From assembly GCA_016201355.1 (NCBI GenBank), contig JACQCY010000034.1, forward strand, positions 1-43,454: 43,454 nucleotides of DNA, read 5' to 3'. Within the stretch, counting starts at the first letter, position 1, and each line of letters begins with the position of its first letter. The translations under genes and the position numbers were made by a program. This DNA is from Candidatus Yonathbacteria bacterium. GTDB lineage: Bacteria; Patescibacteriota; Minisyncoccia; Phycocordibacterales; UBA1550. The notes beneath the pieces were generated by a model. It was not told the origin of the DNA, searched no databases, and worked only from the letters and a program-made list of their open reading frames with translations. Below, one piece after another: positions 5,857 to 15,049 of the stretch.

Positions 5857-7833
5857 TCATTCTCCATGAAGTACCTTTGCGAGCTCTTCGTTATTCCCAT
5901 TGACTTTCAAAATACTTATATAGAATTTTTTAGCATCTCCGTATTCAGGCGCAAGCTCGTAGGCCATTTTAAAAACTTCTTCCGCTTTTGTAAAATCTTT
6001 TTTATTGTAGTACGCGCTTCCAAGCTCAAAGAGTATCGTCTGCTTAGACGGAGAAAGTTCGCGCGCCTTTATAAGATACGGTAACGCTTCATCAAAATGC
6101 CCGATGCGCGAAAGGAGGCTTCCGGCAAAAACTTGGTACCTTGCATCATTTGGTAATTCCTTTGCCTGCAAAGCAAGCTCTGAAACAGCAAGAGAAATAA
6201 ACTTCCCTTGTGTCTCACTTATTCCTTTCGAGCTATCAAAACCGTTCATTGAAAGTTGCCCAAGCTGTTCACGAACTTCCGCCGTTCCATACGAGTCATA
6301 AGCAAGGGCTTCTTTAAACAAAGAGAGATTATGTTCCAGCCCTTGTTCTCCTCGCTCGCTTACTGCGCGCAAGAGAACGGTATTTTGCTTATAACCATTA
6401 TAATTTACTATATAGATAAGTATGAACGCGAAAATAATCGCTCCCCCCGAAACGACAGAAGTAAAATCTTCCGCCTCCTCTGCATTCTTTCTATTTTCTG
6501 CTTTCAACTTTCTACCCCGTAAAATCGCTTCGCTCTCACGGGGCATGCTTTCTATTTGGTGAAGCCCCTCAATATACGCGAGAATAGTAACAAAATAAAT
6601 AAGGCTCGTAATATTATCGAATACGAATAGGTTCTGAAAGAAGTACCCCCCTAAAAGTCCCGTCAAAACACTCTTTTCAACAACCGAAAGCGAAGTCGCG
6701 CGTCGCCAAATACAATATGCCGCGCAACCAAAAATAGATAAATATATTAAGAGTGCGGGAATACCACCAGCAATAAGCCAATCAAAAAATACATTATGCG
6801 CGCGGTCAAACCACTGCTCTTGGCCAAACATTTTTGGATTGTAGTATTTGTTGAAAACATAATTAAAGTTTTCCATTCCCCATCCGAGAACAGGGTGTTC
6901 TTTGAATCCTTGGTATGCCATTCCCCACACCATAAAACGCGACTTTGTCGTCTGTTCCGCAAACGAGATGGATGAAAAACGCGAAAGCACGGGACTTTGC
7001 TGTATAAATGTTGCATTGCGTATTGCAATAAACCCGCCGACAAAGAGAGCGAGCGCGACAAGAATACCGATTGCAGTTCTGCGAAGAACAACGCGCTCCC
7101 GCGCAAAGACCGCAACGAGGATGGTAGTAATCCCTATTCCCACCATAAGACCAAGCACTGCTCCGCGTGTTGCCGTGTGATAAAGCACAAATATTTGCAA
7201 AAGAATAATGACACTGTATATTGCGATGCGCGCCTTCTCCCCTATCGTAGTCATACTTTCTCTCGCCATGAGAAATAGAGCGATAAAAATATTAAAGAGC
7301 GCGTAGGTTCCGAGATACGCCGCATTGCCAAGGGTCCCATTTACACGAATACCATCCTGCACGATAGTAAAGTCCCCCGCCCACTGGAGTACGCCATAGA
7401 TAGCCATTATCACTCCCGCGCCGAGGTGCAGATTGAGATAGGGACGCCACATCTTGCGCGCAGTGAGTACCGTAGACGCCACCACAAAATACGCGAAGAG
7501 ATGGAAATAAGTTATGACCCCTTCCATTCGCTCAAAGTTGGACCAAAAACTTTTTGCAGGATTTTCTCCCAAAAGAGCAGAAAGAGTGATGATGCCGATA
7601 AACGCGCCAAGAACCCAGAGCAAAACACTTTTCCGTGGACGATACACAGGGTCGATGACCGCAAGCACGATCCACCCCGCGAGCATTATTTCAACCACCA
7701 CGCGAAATGCGAAATTTTTCCCCACAATAAACGGGAAGAATGTGCTTCCCCCAAAAACAAGAAAAGGAATAAACGGCACCACCACAAATCCGACCACTAC
7801 CACGATATTCGCCAAAATCTTTTGTATGTTCAT
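5857..7833 (-). CDS. O-antigen ligase/polymerase-like (Wzy_C) polytopic membrane protein fused to C-terminal TPR repeats
   Basis: It has roughly 10 or more TM segments. The motifs are GTLGNAAYLGTY (compare GxxGNPNxLA) and RAHNVFFDWLIAGGIPAL (Wzy_C HN motif). The C-terminal 200 aa show TPR-like repeats (ALPYLIKARELSPSKQTILFELGSAYYNKKDFTKAEEVFKMAYELAPEY). Confidence 0.8.
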   Translation of the reverse strand: MNIQKILANIVVVVGFVVVPFIPFLVFGGSTFFPFIVGKNFAFRVVVEIMLAGWIVLAVIDPVYRPRKSVLLWVLGAFIGIITLSALLGENPAKSFWSNFERMEGVITYFHLFAYFVVASTVLTARKMWRPYLNLHLGAGVIMAIYGVLQWAGDFTIVQDGIRVNGTLGNAAYLGTYALFNIFIALFLMARESMTTIGEKARIAIYSVIILLQIFVLYHTATRGAVLGLMVGIGITTILVAVFARERVVLRRTAIGILVALALFVGGFIAIRNATFIQQSPVLSRFSSISFAEQTTKSRFMVWGMAYQGFKEHPVLGWGMENFNYVFNKYYNPKMFGQEQWFDRAHNVFFDWLIAGGIPALLIYLSIFGCAAYCIWRRATSLSVVEKSVLTGLLGGYFFQNLFVFDNITSLIYFVTILAYIEGLHQIESMPRESEAILRGRKLKAENRKNAEEAEDFTSVVSGGAIIFAFILIYIVNYNGYKQNTVLLRAVSERGEQGLEHNLSLFKEALAYDSYGTAEVREQLGQLSMNGFDSSKGISETQGKFISLAVSELALQAKELPNDARYQVFAGSLLSRIGHFDEALPYLIKARELSPSKQTILFELGSAYYNKKDFTKAEEVFKMAYELAPEYGDAKKFYISILKVNGNNEELAKVLHGE

Positions 7834-7872
7834 AAGTGTCGTAATAATACCATACCGCCATAATACGCCAAA

Positions 7873-9675
7873 TCATCCAACAAGTGGGTCGTGATGTTTT
7901 TTGTTAACCTTATAAAAATACGAGTCTTTGTTTTGTAACAAATCTTGCGGTTTCCCTTCTTCCTCAATCCTTCCTCCCCTCAACACCAAGAGTCGATCTG
8001 CATTCATTATAGTAGATAAACGATGAGCGATAATAAACACCGTCACTTTTCCACGGAGTTCATTAATGGCCTTTTGAACCAATAGTTCCGACTCATTGTC
8101 CAAAGCGCTCGTTGCTTCATCAAGCACCAAAATATCCGGACGACGAGCAAGAACTCGCGCTAATGCAATTCTTTGTCTTTGCCCGACAGAAAGCATTACT
8201 CCTTTATCTCCGACAATAGTATCAAATCCTTCAGGAAGACAACTGATGAAATCATAAATATGCGCTTGCTTTGTGGCTCGCTCTATATCTTCTTGAGAGA
8301 GGGTATCTTCATAAAACTGAATATTGTGCCGAATCGTCTCATTCACGAGAAAGATATCTTGAGAAACATATCCAATGCGAGAGCGCCACTCCTGTAAATC
8401 TATGTCTTGAATATTAACACCATCGAGAATAATTTCTCCTGTTGTCGGATTAAAAAGACGGAGAAACAAATCCGCAACCGATGTTTTGCCCGCCCCCGAG
8501 GGGCCGATAAGCCCTATGGTCTCTCCTTTCTTAATAATAAACGAAACATCTTTAAGGACGATATCTGCACCCTGATCATACGCAAACCCTATATTTTTAA
8601 ATTGGAGCGAAGTGTCAAAATTAAAACGCTTATGTTCCTTTGGCTCAACTTCAATGTTATGAGTAAGGTTATCTTTGAAATGGAGGACATTAGCCGCATA
8701 CGGCAGAAGCTCACTCACTGAATGGATTGCTGATTGCCCCGATTGCAGGTAAATAAATATCTTTTGGATAAGATAGAGTGTCGCGGCAAATGCGGCGAGA
8801 TTAAATCCGGGCGCTTTGTACGCAAAAGCGAATATTATGATGATAAAAACAATACTAAATGGCTGGATAAAGATTGTGCCGAGCGCTTGCACGACAATAT
8901 TTCGCACATACAGCACTTGTAGAGACGAAAGAAGTTCTTTTGCTTTTTCTAAAACTCTGCGTTCCTCTCCAGAAGCTTTCACCACCTTAATCCCGCCTAT
9001 GTGCTCGGTCATGTGCTGAGAAAATTGTTTATCTATAATGCTTGCCTGTTCATTAACCGATTGAGTTTTCTTTACGAGTGGCCTCAATACAAAAAGAAGT
9101 ATCCCCCCCGTCCCTAGTGTAAGAAGCGTAATCCTTGGTGAAATACTGAGTGCAACAATGAGATAAACAAGGAGTCCGCTGAACGACTGAATAACTTGAG
9201 TAAAGACATCCAAGAGATTAGCACTGCGACGAACATCCAATACGATGGTGTTTTGCACGAACCCGATTTTTTGTTTCAAAAGAAACGGCCAACGAGCTTT
9301 AAATGTCGCAGACAAAATATCGGACATCTCTTCACTAACAAACTCCGATCCAATGCGCGCGCGAACATAGGTGAATATTCCGAGAATAAACGCTCTCAAA
9401 ATAAAGAGCCCCGCAATCATTCCTAAAAGATACCTAAAGCTAAAAGGGATAGAGAAAAATACAAAAAAAGTCTTAATGGCTTGAGAGACAACCCCACCCG
9501 CTAATTGTTCACCCCCACCAAAAAGGAAAGATAGTGCCGGAATGACCGCGCTCACGCCGACACCCTCTAACATTCCCCCCAAAAATCCAAGGATAACAAG
9601 GAGAGTCACTTGAATTCTATACCGCCCAAAAATGTATATAAAAATGGTAGTTATTTTTGTTCTTTCTTTTTTCAT
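7873..9675 (-). CDS. ABC exporter, fused permease plus ATPase (MsbA/PglK-like type)
   Basis: An N-terminal domain with six TM segments is followed by Walker A (GPSGAGKTS), the ABC signature (LSVGQRQRIALAR) and Walker B (ILVLDEATSALD). Confidence 0.9.
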   Translation of the reverse strand: MKKERTKITTIFIYIFGRYRIQVTLLVILGFLGGMLEGVGVSAVIPALSFLFGGGEQLAGGVVSQAIKTFFVFFSIPFSFRYLLGMIAGLFILRAFILGIFTYVRARIGSEFVSEEMSDILSATFKARWPFLLKQKIGFVQNTIVLDVRRSANLLDVFTQVIQSFSGLLVYLIVALSISPRITLLTLGTGGILLFVLRPLVKKTQSVNEQASIIDKQFSQHMTEHIGGIKVVKASGEERRVLEKAKELLSSLQVLYVRNIVVQALGTIFIQPFSIVFIIIIFAFAYKAPGFNLAAFAATLYLIQKIFIYLQSGQSAIHSVSELLPYAANVLHFKDNLTHNIEVEPKEHKRFNFDTSLQFKNIGFAYDQGADIVLKDVSFIIKKGETIGLIGPSGAGKTSVADLFLRLFNPTTGEIILDGVNIQDIDLQEWRSRIGYVSQDIFLVNETIRHNIQFYEDTLSQEDIERATKQAHIYDFISCLPEGFDTIVGDKGVMLSVGQRQRIALARVLARRPDILVLDEATSALDNESELLVQKAINELRGKVTVFIIAHRLSTIMNADRLLVLRGGRIEEEGKPQDLLQNKDSYFYKVNKKHHDPLVG

Positions 9676-9744
9676 ATAATATATAATCTCTATCTCAGTT
9701 AACTCAAAAGAAAGATACTCTCGAAAAGCAACTATATTCTATAT

Positions 9745-10536
9745 TTATAGAACCACAATCTCCTTCAAAAGACCCTCTGACTGCGGAACAGTGGCGGTAT
9801 AGCTCAAAAGAAACCTATCGTTCTTGTCAACTCGATGATTAACCTTTGCCCCAGCAAGTTCAGCGATAATAAATCCAGCTGCAACATCCCAAATCTTGTT
9901 GAATCTTCCCACACAGCCCCCAAGCCGCCCCTCTGCTAGATAGGCGAGATTGAGTGCCGCTGAACCAGTCCGCAAACACCCCATTGTTTTGTCATTAATT
10001 TCCTTAAATTTAACAAATTCCAGTAGTCTGGCATCACTGTCGTACTTCTTCCCTGAAAAAGATACTGCAAAGAGAGCATCTTCTGGCTTTCTGTCGATAG
10101 TGGCAATTTTATTATGATTTTTATAAACGCCCAATCCTTTGGCACCATAAAACAACTCATTGAGAGCTGGGTTATAGATTACCCCGACAACAGGAACCCC
10201 TTGCTCCATATATGCAATTGAAACAGCGTAGAAGGGCATGTGATGAGCGTAGTTCACCGTACCATCAAGCGGATCAACGACCCAGTAACTCTTTTCTTCA
10301 TCCAATTCACCAACAACTCCAGCCTCTTCGCTTACAATCGGCGAATTATCATACTGCCGTATCATCTCAATAATCTTTTTTTCCGCATATGTATCTGCCT
10401 CAGTTACCACATCACGAAATGATTCTTTCCTAATACGAGTAAGATGAAAAGCGTCCCCCGCATGTTTGTGAAGAATATTACCCGCAGCAACCGCCGCACG
10501 AATTGCTACTTCAAGTTTTTGAGTATAATCATCCAT
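9745..10536 (-). CDS. Inositol-monophosphatase-family sugar/polyol phosphatase (SuhB/IMPase fold)
   Basis: The motifs are VTEADTYAEK, IVSEEAG, WVVDPLDGTVNYAH, GSAALNLAYLAEGRL and WDVAAG. Confidence 0.85.
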   Translation of the reverse strand: MDDYTQKLEVAIRAAVAAGNILHKHAGDAFHLTRIRKESFRDVVTEADTYAEKKIIEMIRQYDNSPIVSEEAGVVGELDEEKSYWVVDPLDGTVNYAHHMPFYAVSIAYMEQGVPVVGVIYNPALNELFYGAKGLGVYKNHNKIATIDRKPEDALFAVSFSGKKYDSDARLLEFVKFKEINDKTMGCLRTGSAALNLAYLAEGRLGGCVGRFNKIWDVAAGFIIAELAGAKVNHRVDKNDRFLLSYTATVPQSEGLLKEIVVL

Positions 10537-11653
10537 GAATTGACTTGAGGATTACCCGATTACTTTCCCACTGTTCTAATAAAAGTTGGTGCAACGCTTG
10601 ATCTGGGGAAAGTTGCATAACGATTCTTAAAAAATCTGCGGCGGCAAGCGAACGAACAAGGTACTGAATGTTCAAATCTGGGTCATGCTGGTTACTGTAG
10701 AAAAATGCTGCCATAATACCCAACATAATAGATTGTGGGTATACTCCCGTACTGAGACATAATTGTGCCGCGCCAAGCAACCGCTCACTTGGTGCCAACT
10801 TCCTGAATGGCTCTCTTGCGACACGACTAACAGGGTCAAACAAGAGTTTGTTACTGAAGCGTTCAAGTTCCTTGTCAGCATACCAGTCGATAAATTGCTC
10901 GTCAATCTTAAATTTTTTGAGTAATACTCCTTGCATCTCACCCATTGCCCCGGCAATAATTTCCCGAGCACGGGGCACGTCCATCGCTTCATGAACATAT
11001 TGCACACCGAGAAGCGACCCTAGATACGCGGCAATGCAATGAGGCGTATTGTGAAGATAAAGTTTTGCTGTCCATTGCTTAACAAGCTCATCTTTCGAGA
11101 TATATGTCGCATTGCCACCGATTTTTGATATGTGGTCATCAATATAACAGATACCGTCCTCTGTAATAATACTCAGTGGATCTGCTTTTTTCATCTCTTC
11201 AGACGCGGTGTTTGATGTTATCACATCAGGGACAGCGAAAACAATATTAGGATTATCTATAACCGATTGCAAGAGTATCGGCACCGATGAATCATTCTCA
11301 CAACAAATGATTGGCATCGTGGTACCTTTCAAGCTGTTAGTTAACGATAATACATTACGCGGACCAACCGCCACAACGACCACATCAATATCTTGAATGA
11401 GGCTCTTTTCCTCCCCAGGAGCAAAGCACTCGGTAATCGGTACCACAAGAGTTTCGTAAAGATTTTCACCATTTTTCTTGACCGTCTTCCATGTAGTGAA
11501 TTGTTTGGCATGTTCAAGCATTTCCCGAAGTCCATCGTTCCGCTCAACATAGTAATACTCAAATTCACTAGGCGGAAAAACCCACGGCAAATATCCCCGA
11601 CCAATCGCTCCAGCACCATACACAAGTATTTTTTTTCTTTTCGATAAACTCAT
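10529..11653 (-). CDS. Mannitol-1-phosphate 5-dehydrogenase-family (MtlD-like) polyol-phosphate dehydrogenase
   Basis: It is collinear with E. coli MtlD as I recall it: GAGAIGRGYL vs GAGNIGRGFIG, VVAVGP vs TTAVGP, IICCEN vs IIACEN, LHNTPHCIAAYLG vs LNTGHAITAYLG, and RVAREPFRKLAPSERL vs RVGRQPLRKLSAGDRL. It overlaps the downstream phosphatase gene by 8 nt. Confidence 0.75.
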   Translation of the reverse strand: MSLSKRKKILVYGAGAIGRGYLPWVFPPSEFEYYYVERNDGLREMLEHAKQFTTWKTVKKNGENLYETLVVPITECFAPGEEKSLIQDIDVVVVAVGPRNVLSLTNSLKGTTMPIICCENDSSVPILLQSVIDNPNIVFAVPDVITSNTASEEMKKADPLSIITEDGICYIDDHISKIGGNATYISKDELVKQWTAKLYLHNTPHCIAAYLGSLLGVQYVHEAMDVPRAREIIAGAMGEMQGVLLKKFKIDEQFIDWYADKELERFSNKLLFDPVSRVAREPFRKLAPSERLLGAAQLCLSTGVYPQSIMLGIMAAFFYSNQHDPDLNIQYLVRSLAAADFLRIVMQLSPDQALHQLLLEQWESNRVILKSIHG

Positions 11654-12891
11654 CTGGTTATGATACTGATGATCTTAAGCGCCCGATTGAGTATATCACG
11701 AGCATCACTTTCATCTTTGCCGGTGGCGATAATGAAGCAGACTCGTTTCGCAGAATCCGTATACGGTAACACAGTGTCTCCGATTTCATTTCTGAAAAAT
11801 ATGTATTCAACTCCGGGAATTTTTCTTGCCTCATCAATACCCTTTACAGAAACAATCTTCCCGGGCTTAGGCCAAAGTGAGCCGGTAACACCGACGCGGT
11901 GCTTTTTGTCAATAAGGAGCTCTTTTGGAAATCGCTTGCCTATTGCCGTTAAAATAGCAGCTCGTAAAATATTTTTACCAGTCGTAACTGGCACGAGATA
12001 CTGACTGTCAAAACCACCCGAGAGTCGAGTTGTCATCTCTATGATTACGGGACCTTTTTTTGTGAGGATCATATCAACCTTGGCGGCCCCAATGGTGATA
12101 CCGAGAAAATCCGCGGTCTTCTTCGTTACACTATAAAGTCTTTTCTGTATCGCGAGTGACAAGACTGTCGGATGACGAAGACCTATCTCAACAGCCCATT
12201 CATTCCTTGGATCAAACTCTCGGTCGGTGATGAAGCAAGGATGAAATACGCCATCAACATCATACAGAGTTTCTACTGTCTGTTCTGTTCCTGACAAAAG
12301 CTCCTCAATCAGTGCCCTCTTAGTGGAAGAATTCGCCATCGCGTCTTCTAGCGCAGCAGCGAGCTCTTTATCTCCTGGTATCGAAAAAAATTTTTTAGTC
12401 CCTCGACTACCGGAATTATCAATATTTTTTATAATGAACGGCACCCCAATACGCTTTATTGATTCTTTCAATTCGCCAAGCGTGGAAACCTCAGCCCATT
12501 GTGGCGAAGGAAGATTGTGGTCTCTTAAAAATTTCCGGAATGCATGTTTATAATGGGTCAAGTATGCAGCCTGTGGATCAACCCCAGGGAGACTAGCGAC
12601 CTTGGCAACAATAGCCGCAGTTACATTGGCATCTATCCCAGCAGCAAGGACACCGATGATATTCATCCCATCTTGACGTAACCGGAATAGAAGCTTAATA
12701 CTTCCATCAATATCAAAAATATCAACGGGGTAAAAATGATCGGCATATTCCTTAGCAACACAGTTAGCATTTTTGTCCGTTACCAGAGTGGTAAGTCCGA
12801 GTTTTTTAGCCTCTTCAATCAAAGGAACCTGAAGCTGCCCTCCTCCAATAACCCATAAAATTTTATCCTTTTTTGCGCGAGTGTTTCGCAT
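11650..12891 (-). CDS. ATP-grasp family ligase (carboxylate-amine ligase type)
   Basis: It has an N-terminal pre-ATP-grasp Rossmann-like region (KILWVIGGGQLQVPLIEEAKKLG), then a central segment (VPFIIKNIDNSGSRG) and VIIEMTTRLSGG. An ATGA overlap joins it to the downstream gene. Confidence 0.75.
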   Translation of the reverse strand: MRNTRAKKDKILWVIGGGQLQVPLIEEAKKLGLTTLVTDKNANCVAKEYADHFYPVDIFDIDGSIKLLFRLRQDGMNIIGVLAAGIDANVTAAIVAKVASLPGVDPQAAYLTHYKHAFRKFLRDHNLPSPQWAEVSTLGELKESIKRIGVPFIIKNIDNSGSRGTKKFFSIPGDKELAAALEDAMANSSTKRALIEELLSGTEQTVETLYDVDGVFHPCFITDREFDPRNEWAVEIGLRHPTVLSLAIQKRLYSVTKKTADFLGITIGAAKVDMILTKKGPVIIEMTTRLSGGFDSQYLVPVTTGKNILRAAILTAIGKRFPKELLIDKKHRVGVTGSLWPKPGKIVSVKGIDEARKIPGVEYIFFRNEIGDTVLPYTDSAKRVCFIIATGKDESDARDILNRALKIISIITR

Positions 12892-12953
12892 ACCTTAGAT
12901 TACCACCTACTGACAAGAATCACAAATTCAAACCAAAATCCATATCTTTATCT

Positions 12954-13850
12954 TTACTCTTTTTTTCTAGCAATTATGAAAAATTCTCGACCTATATTTT
13001 TCTCTATGAGACAGGAGTATAGATTGTTGAGCAAGCCTGCTTCATATTTATACATGTTCATCTCGAACGCCTTTCTTATTTTGTGGCATTTTCCACCCAG
13101 CCTTTTGTCTCCAACATAATTAAATCCGCTTAGTGGGAAAAACTCCATAGGAAATGTGCCGATGCTTCCTACTACCTCGAATCCATTTTTAGTTAATAGT
13201 TTTTTCATTGAGACGATATCAAAATAATTAAGATGATGCGTCGGAGCAACCCACCATGGCTCAAATTTAAGCTTATTTTGAAGAATCCCCTGCAGAGGGT
13301 TGTAATCATTAGGGCAAAAAATTGCGACAAGCCCATTTGGTTTTAATAGCTTCCTCATATCCTTAATAAAAGAAATCGGATCGGGAACATGCTCAAGAAC
13401 CATACTTGCATGGATAACATCAAAAGTTCCGTGCTCCCTTGCTGTCTCGTAGCTAAAAAAATCATTCACGACTTTGATCTTGCGACTTTTAGAATATTCC
13501 CATGCATCAACAGAAGGTTCTAAACCAAGAACATTCCACCCGCGCTTCTTGCCACATGCTAAAAAATTTCCCGGTCCGGAACCGACATCCAGGATTTTCC
13601 TTCCCTTCGTATGTTTTTCCAAGAGAGCGTAGTAGTTATTGTAAGTCGCCGACCACCACGAAAGATCTTCCTTTATCTCTTTAAAATAGTTTGGTTTTTC
13701 TTTAGTATAAAAATCTTTCTTATATAATTTCGCCAATTCCTCCTCAGAAAGAATCGGGTCAACATGCTTAAACCCGCACGGAATACACTCTATCACTGAG
13801 AATCCTTCCTTTTTGTCCAACACCTTTCCTTTATGTATTCTTCTTTTCAT
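12954..13850 (-). CDS. Class I SAM-dependent methyltransferase with an N-terminal Cys-pair motif (CIPCG; possible Zn-binding element)
   Basis: Motif I is ILDVGSGPGNF. It also has DVIHASMVLEHVPDP and an N-terminal CIPCGFKH. Confidence 0.8.
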   Translation of the reverse strand: MKRRIHKGKVLDKKEGFSVIECIPCGFKHVDPILSEEELAKLYKKDFYTKEKPNYFKEIKEDLSWWSATYNNYYALLEKHTKGRKILDVGSGPGNFLACGKKRGWNVLGLEPSVDAWEYSKSRKIKVVNDFFSYETAREHGTFDVIHASMVLEHVPDPISFIKDMRKLLKPNGLVAIFCPNDYNPLQGILQNKLKFEPWWVAPTHHLNYFDIVSMKKLLTKNGFEVVGSIGTFPMEFFPLSGFNYVGDKRLGGKCHKIRKAFEMNMYKYEAGLLNNLYSCLIEKNIGREFFIIARKKE

Positions 13851-14989
13851 TTCGTCTCTAAAAAATCCTCCCAGGTAATTGGGGAACGAGCTTTAATATC
13901 GCGCAGGACTTTTTTCCCAATGACGAGCCCTGCGTCTTTTGGAGCAATGCCTCCCCAAGGACGAAGTGTGGTGATCATATCCTCCCCTAAAAACGACCCT
14001 GCGGGAATATCGCGCGTAGCATACAGAGAACGGCGCGCCCACCTATCGGCGATCTCATCCATACCTAATGCATGAGCCTCGTCAGAGATGGGCTGTTTGA
14101 TACCAGCTCTGGATAGCGCTAGTTCAGTGTTACGAATTTCTTCAACAGTACGCTTGAATTCATCAATCTCGAGAGAATTTGGATCATCGTTGCTCCCTCC
14201 ACTTCTTTCAGTAGTAAAATGTTTTTCAATAACACACGCCTTGAGTGCTACCGCTGCAATAGGGGCGGCAAGATATGGGGGTTTAGAGTGATCAGAATAT
14301 CCAACTGGAACCTTGAACGCCTCTCTGAGTGTTCCTATCGCATGAAGGTTCAGGTCAGCAAAACTTTTCGGAGGATAAATTGAAATACAGTGGAGTATAA
14401 CAATCTCATTATTCCCCTCTTCTTGGATCACACGTACCGCATGTGCAACCTCCTCCAAATACGCCATACCGGTCGAGAGTATCACTGGTTTCCCTTTTCG
14501 TGCAATATGACGCAAAAGAATGTCGTCGGTAAGCTCGTATGAAGCAACCTTAAACGCTGGCACTCCCGCCGTGTCCAACAGATTAACAGCATCTTTGTCG
14601 AAGGGGGATGAGAGAAACATAATGTTATGCTTCTTTGCGTGCGCAATGAGCTTCTCTGTCCACTCAAACGGCATCTCAGCCGATTTATAAAATTCAGAAA
14701 ATACACCGACAGGTTTTCCGTGCCATTCTTCATACACGACCGTATCAGCGGCGATCTTGTCGTGTTTTAGGTGTTGAAATTTTATCGCATCGGCGCCCGC
14801 TTCAGAAGCAAGCTCTATCAACTTCAAGGCATTCTCTATTTTGCCTCGATGATTTGCTCCCACCTCGGCGATGACAAAAACCGGCTGTCCCTCTCCCACT
14901 AATCGGTCGCCAATCTTAACAACCTTTACCGGCTCGTAGGTCAGATTTTTGGGTAAACCATCAAAAAATTGTTTTCGTTCTCTTCCCAT
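13847..14989 (-). CDS. Nonulosonic acid synthase, NeuB/PseI/LegI family, with a C-terminal SAF domain
   Basis: The motifs are VIAEVGANHRGKIENALKLIELASEAGADAIKFQ, GYSDHS and a C-terminal antifreeze-like/SAF region (ATRDIPAGSFLGEDMITTLRP). An ATGA overlap joins it to the downstream methyltransferase. Confidence 0.88.
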   Translation of the reverse strand: MGRERKQFFDGLPKNLTYEPVKVVKIGDRLVGEGQPVFVIAEVGANHRGKIENALKLIELASEAGADAIKFQHLKHDKIAADTVVYEEWHGKPVGVFSEFYKSAEMPFEWTEKLIAHAKKHNIMFLSSPFDKDAVNLLDTAGVPAFKVASYELTDDILLRHIARKGKPVILSTGMAYLEEVAHAVRVIQEEGNNEIVILHCISIYPPKSFADLNLHAIGTLREAFKVPVGYSDHSKPPYLAAPIAAVALKACVIEKHFTTERSGGSNDDPNSLEIDEFKRTVEEIRNTELALSRAGIKQPISDEAHALGMDEIADRWARRSLYATRDIPAGSFLGEDMITTLRPWGGIAPKDAGLVIGKKVLRDIKARSPITWEDFLETK

Positions 14990-15049
14990 ATTATGAATAT
15001 AACCTTTACTATACTATAAAAGACAATTTATTCCAAATTACTTAAAACA

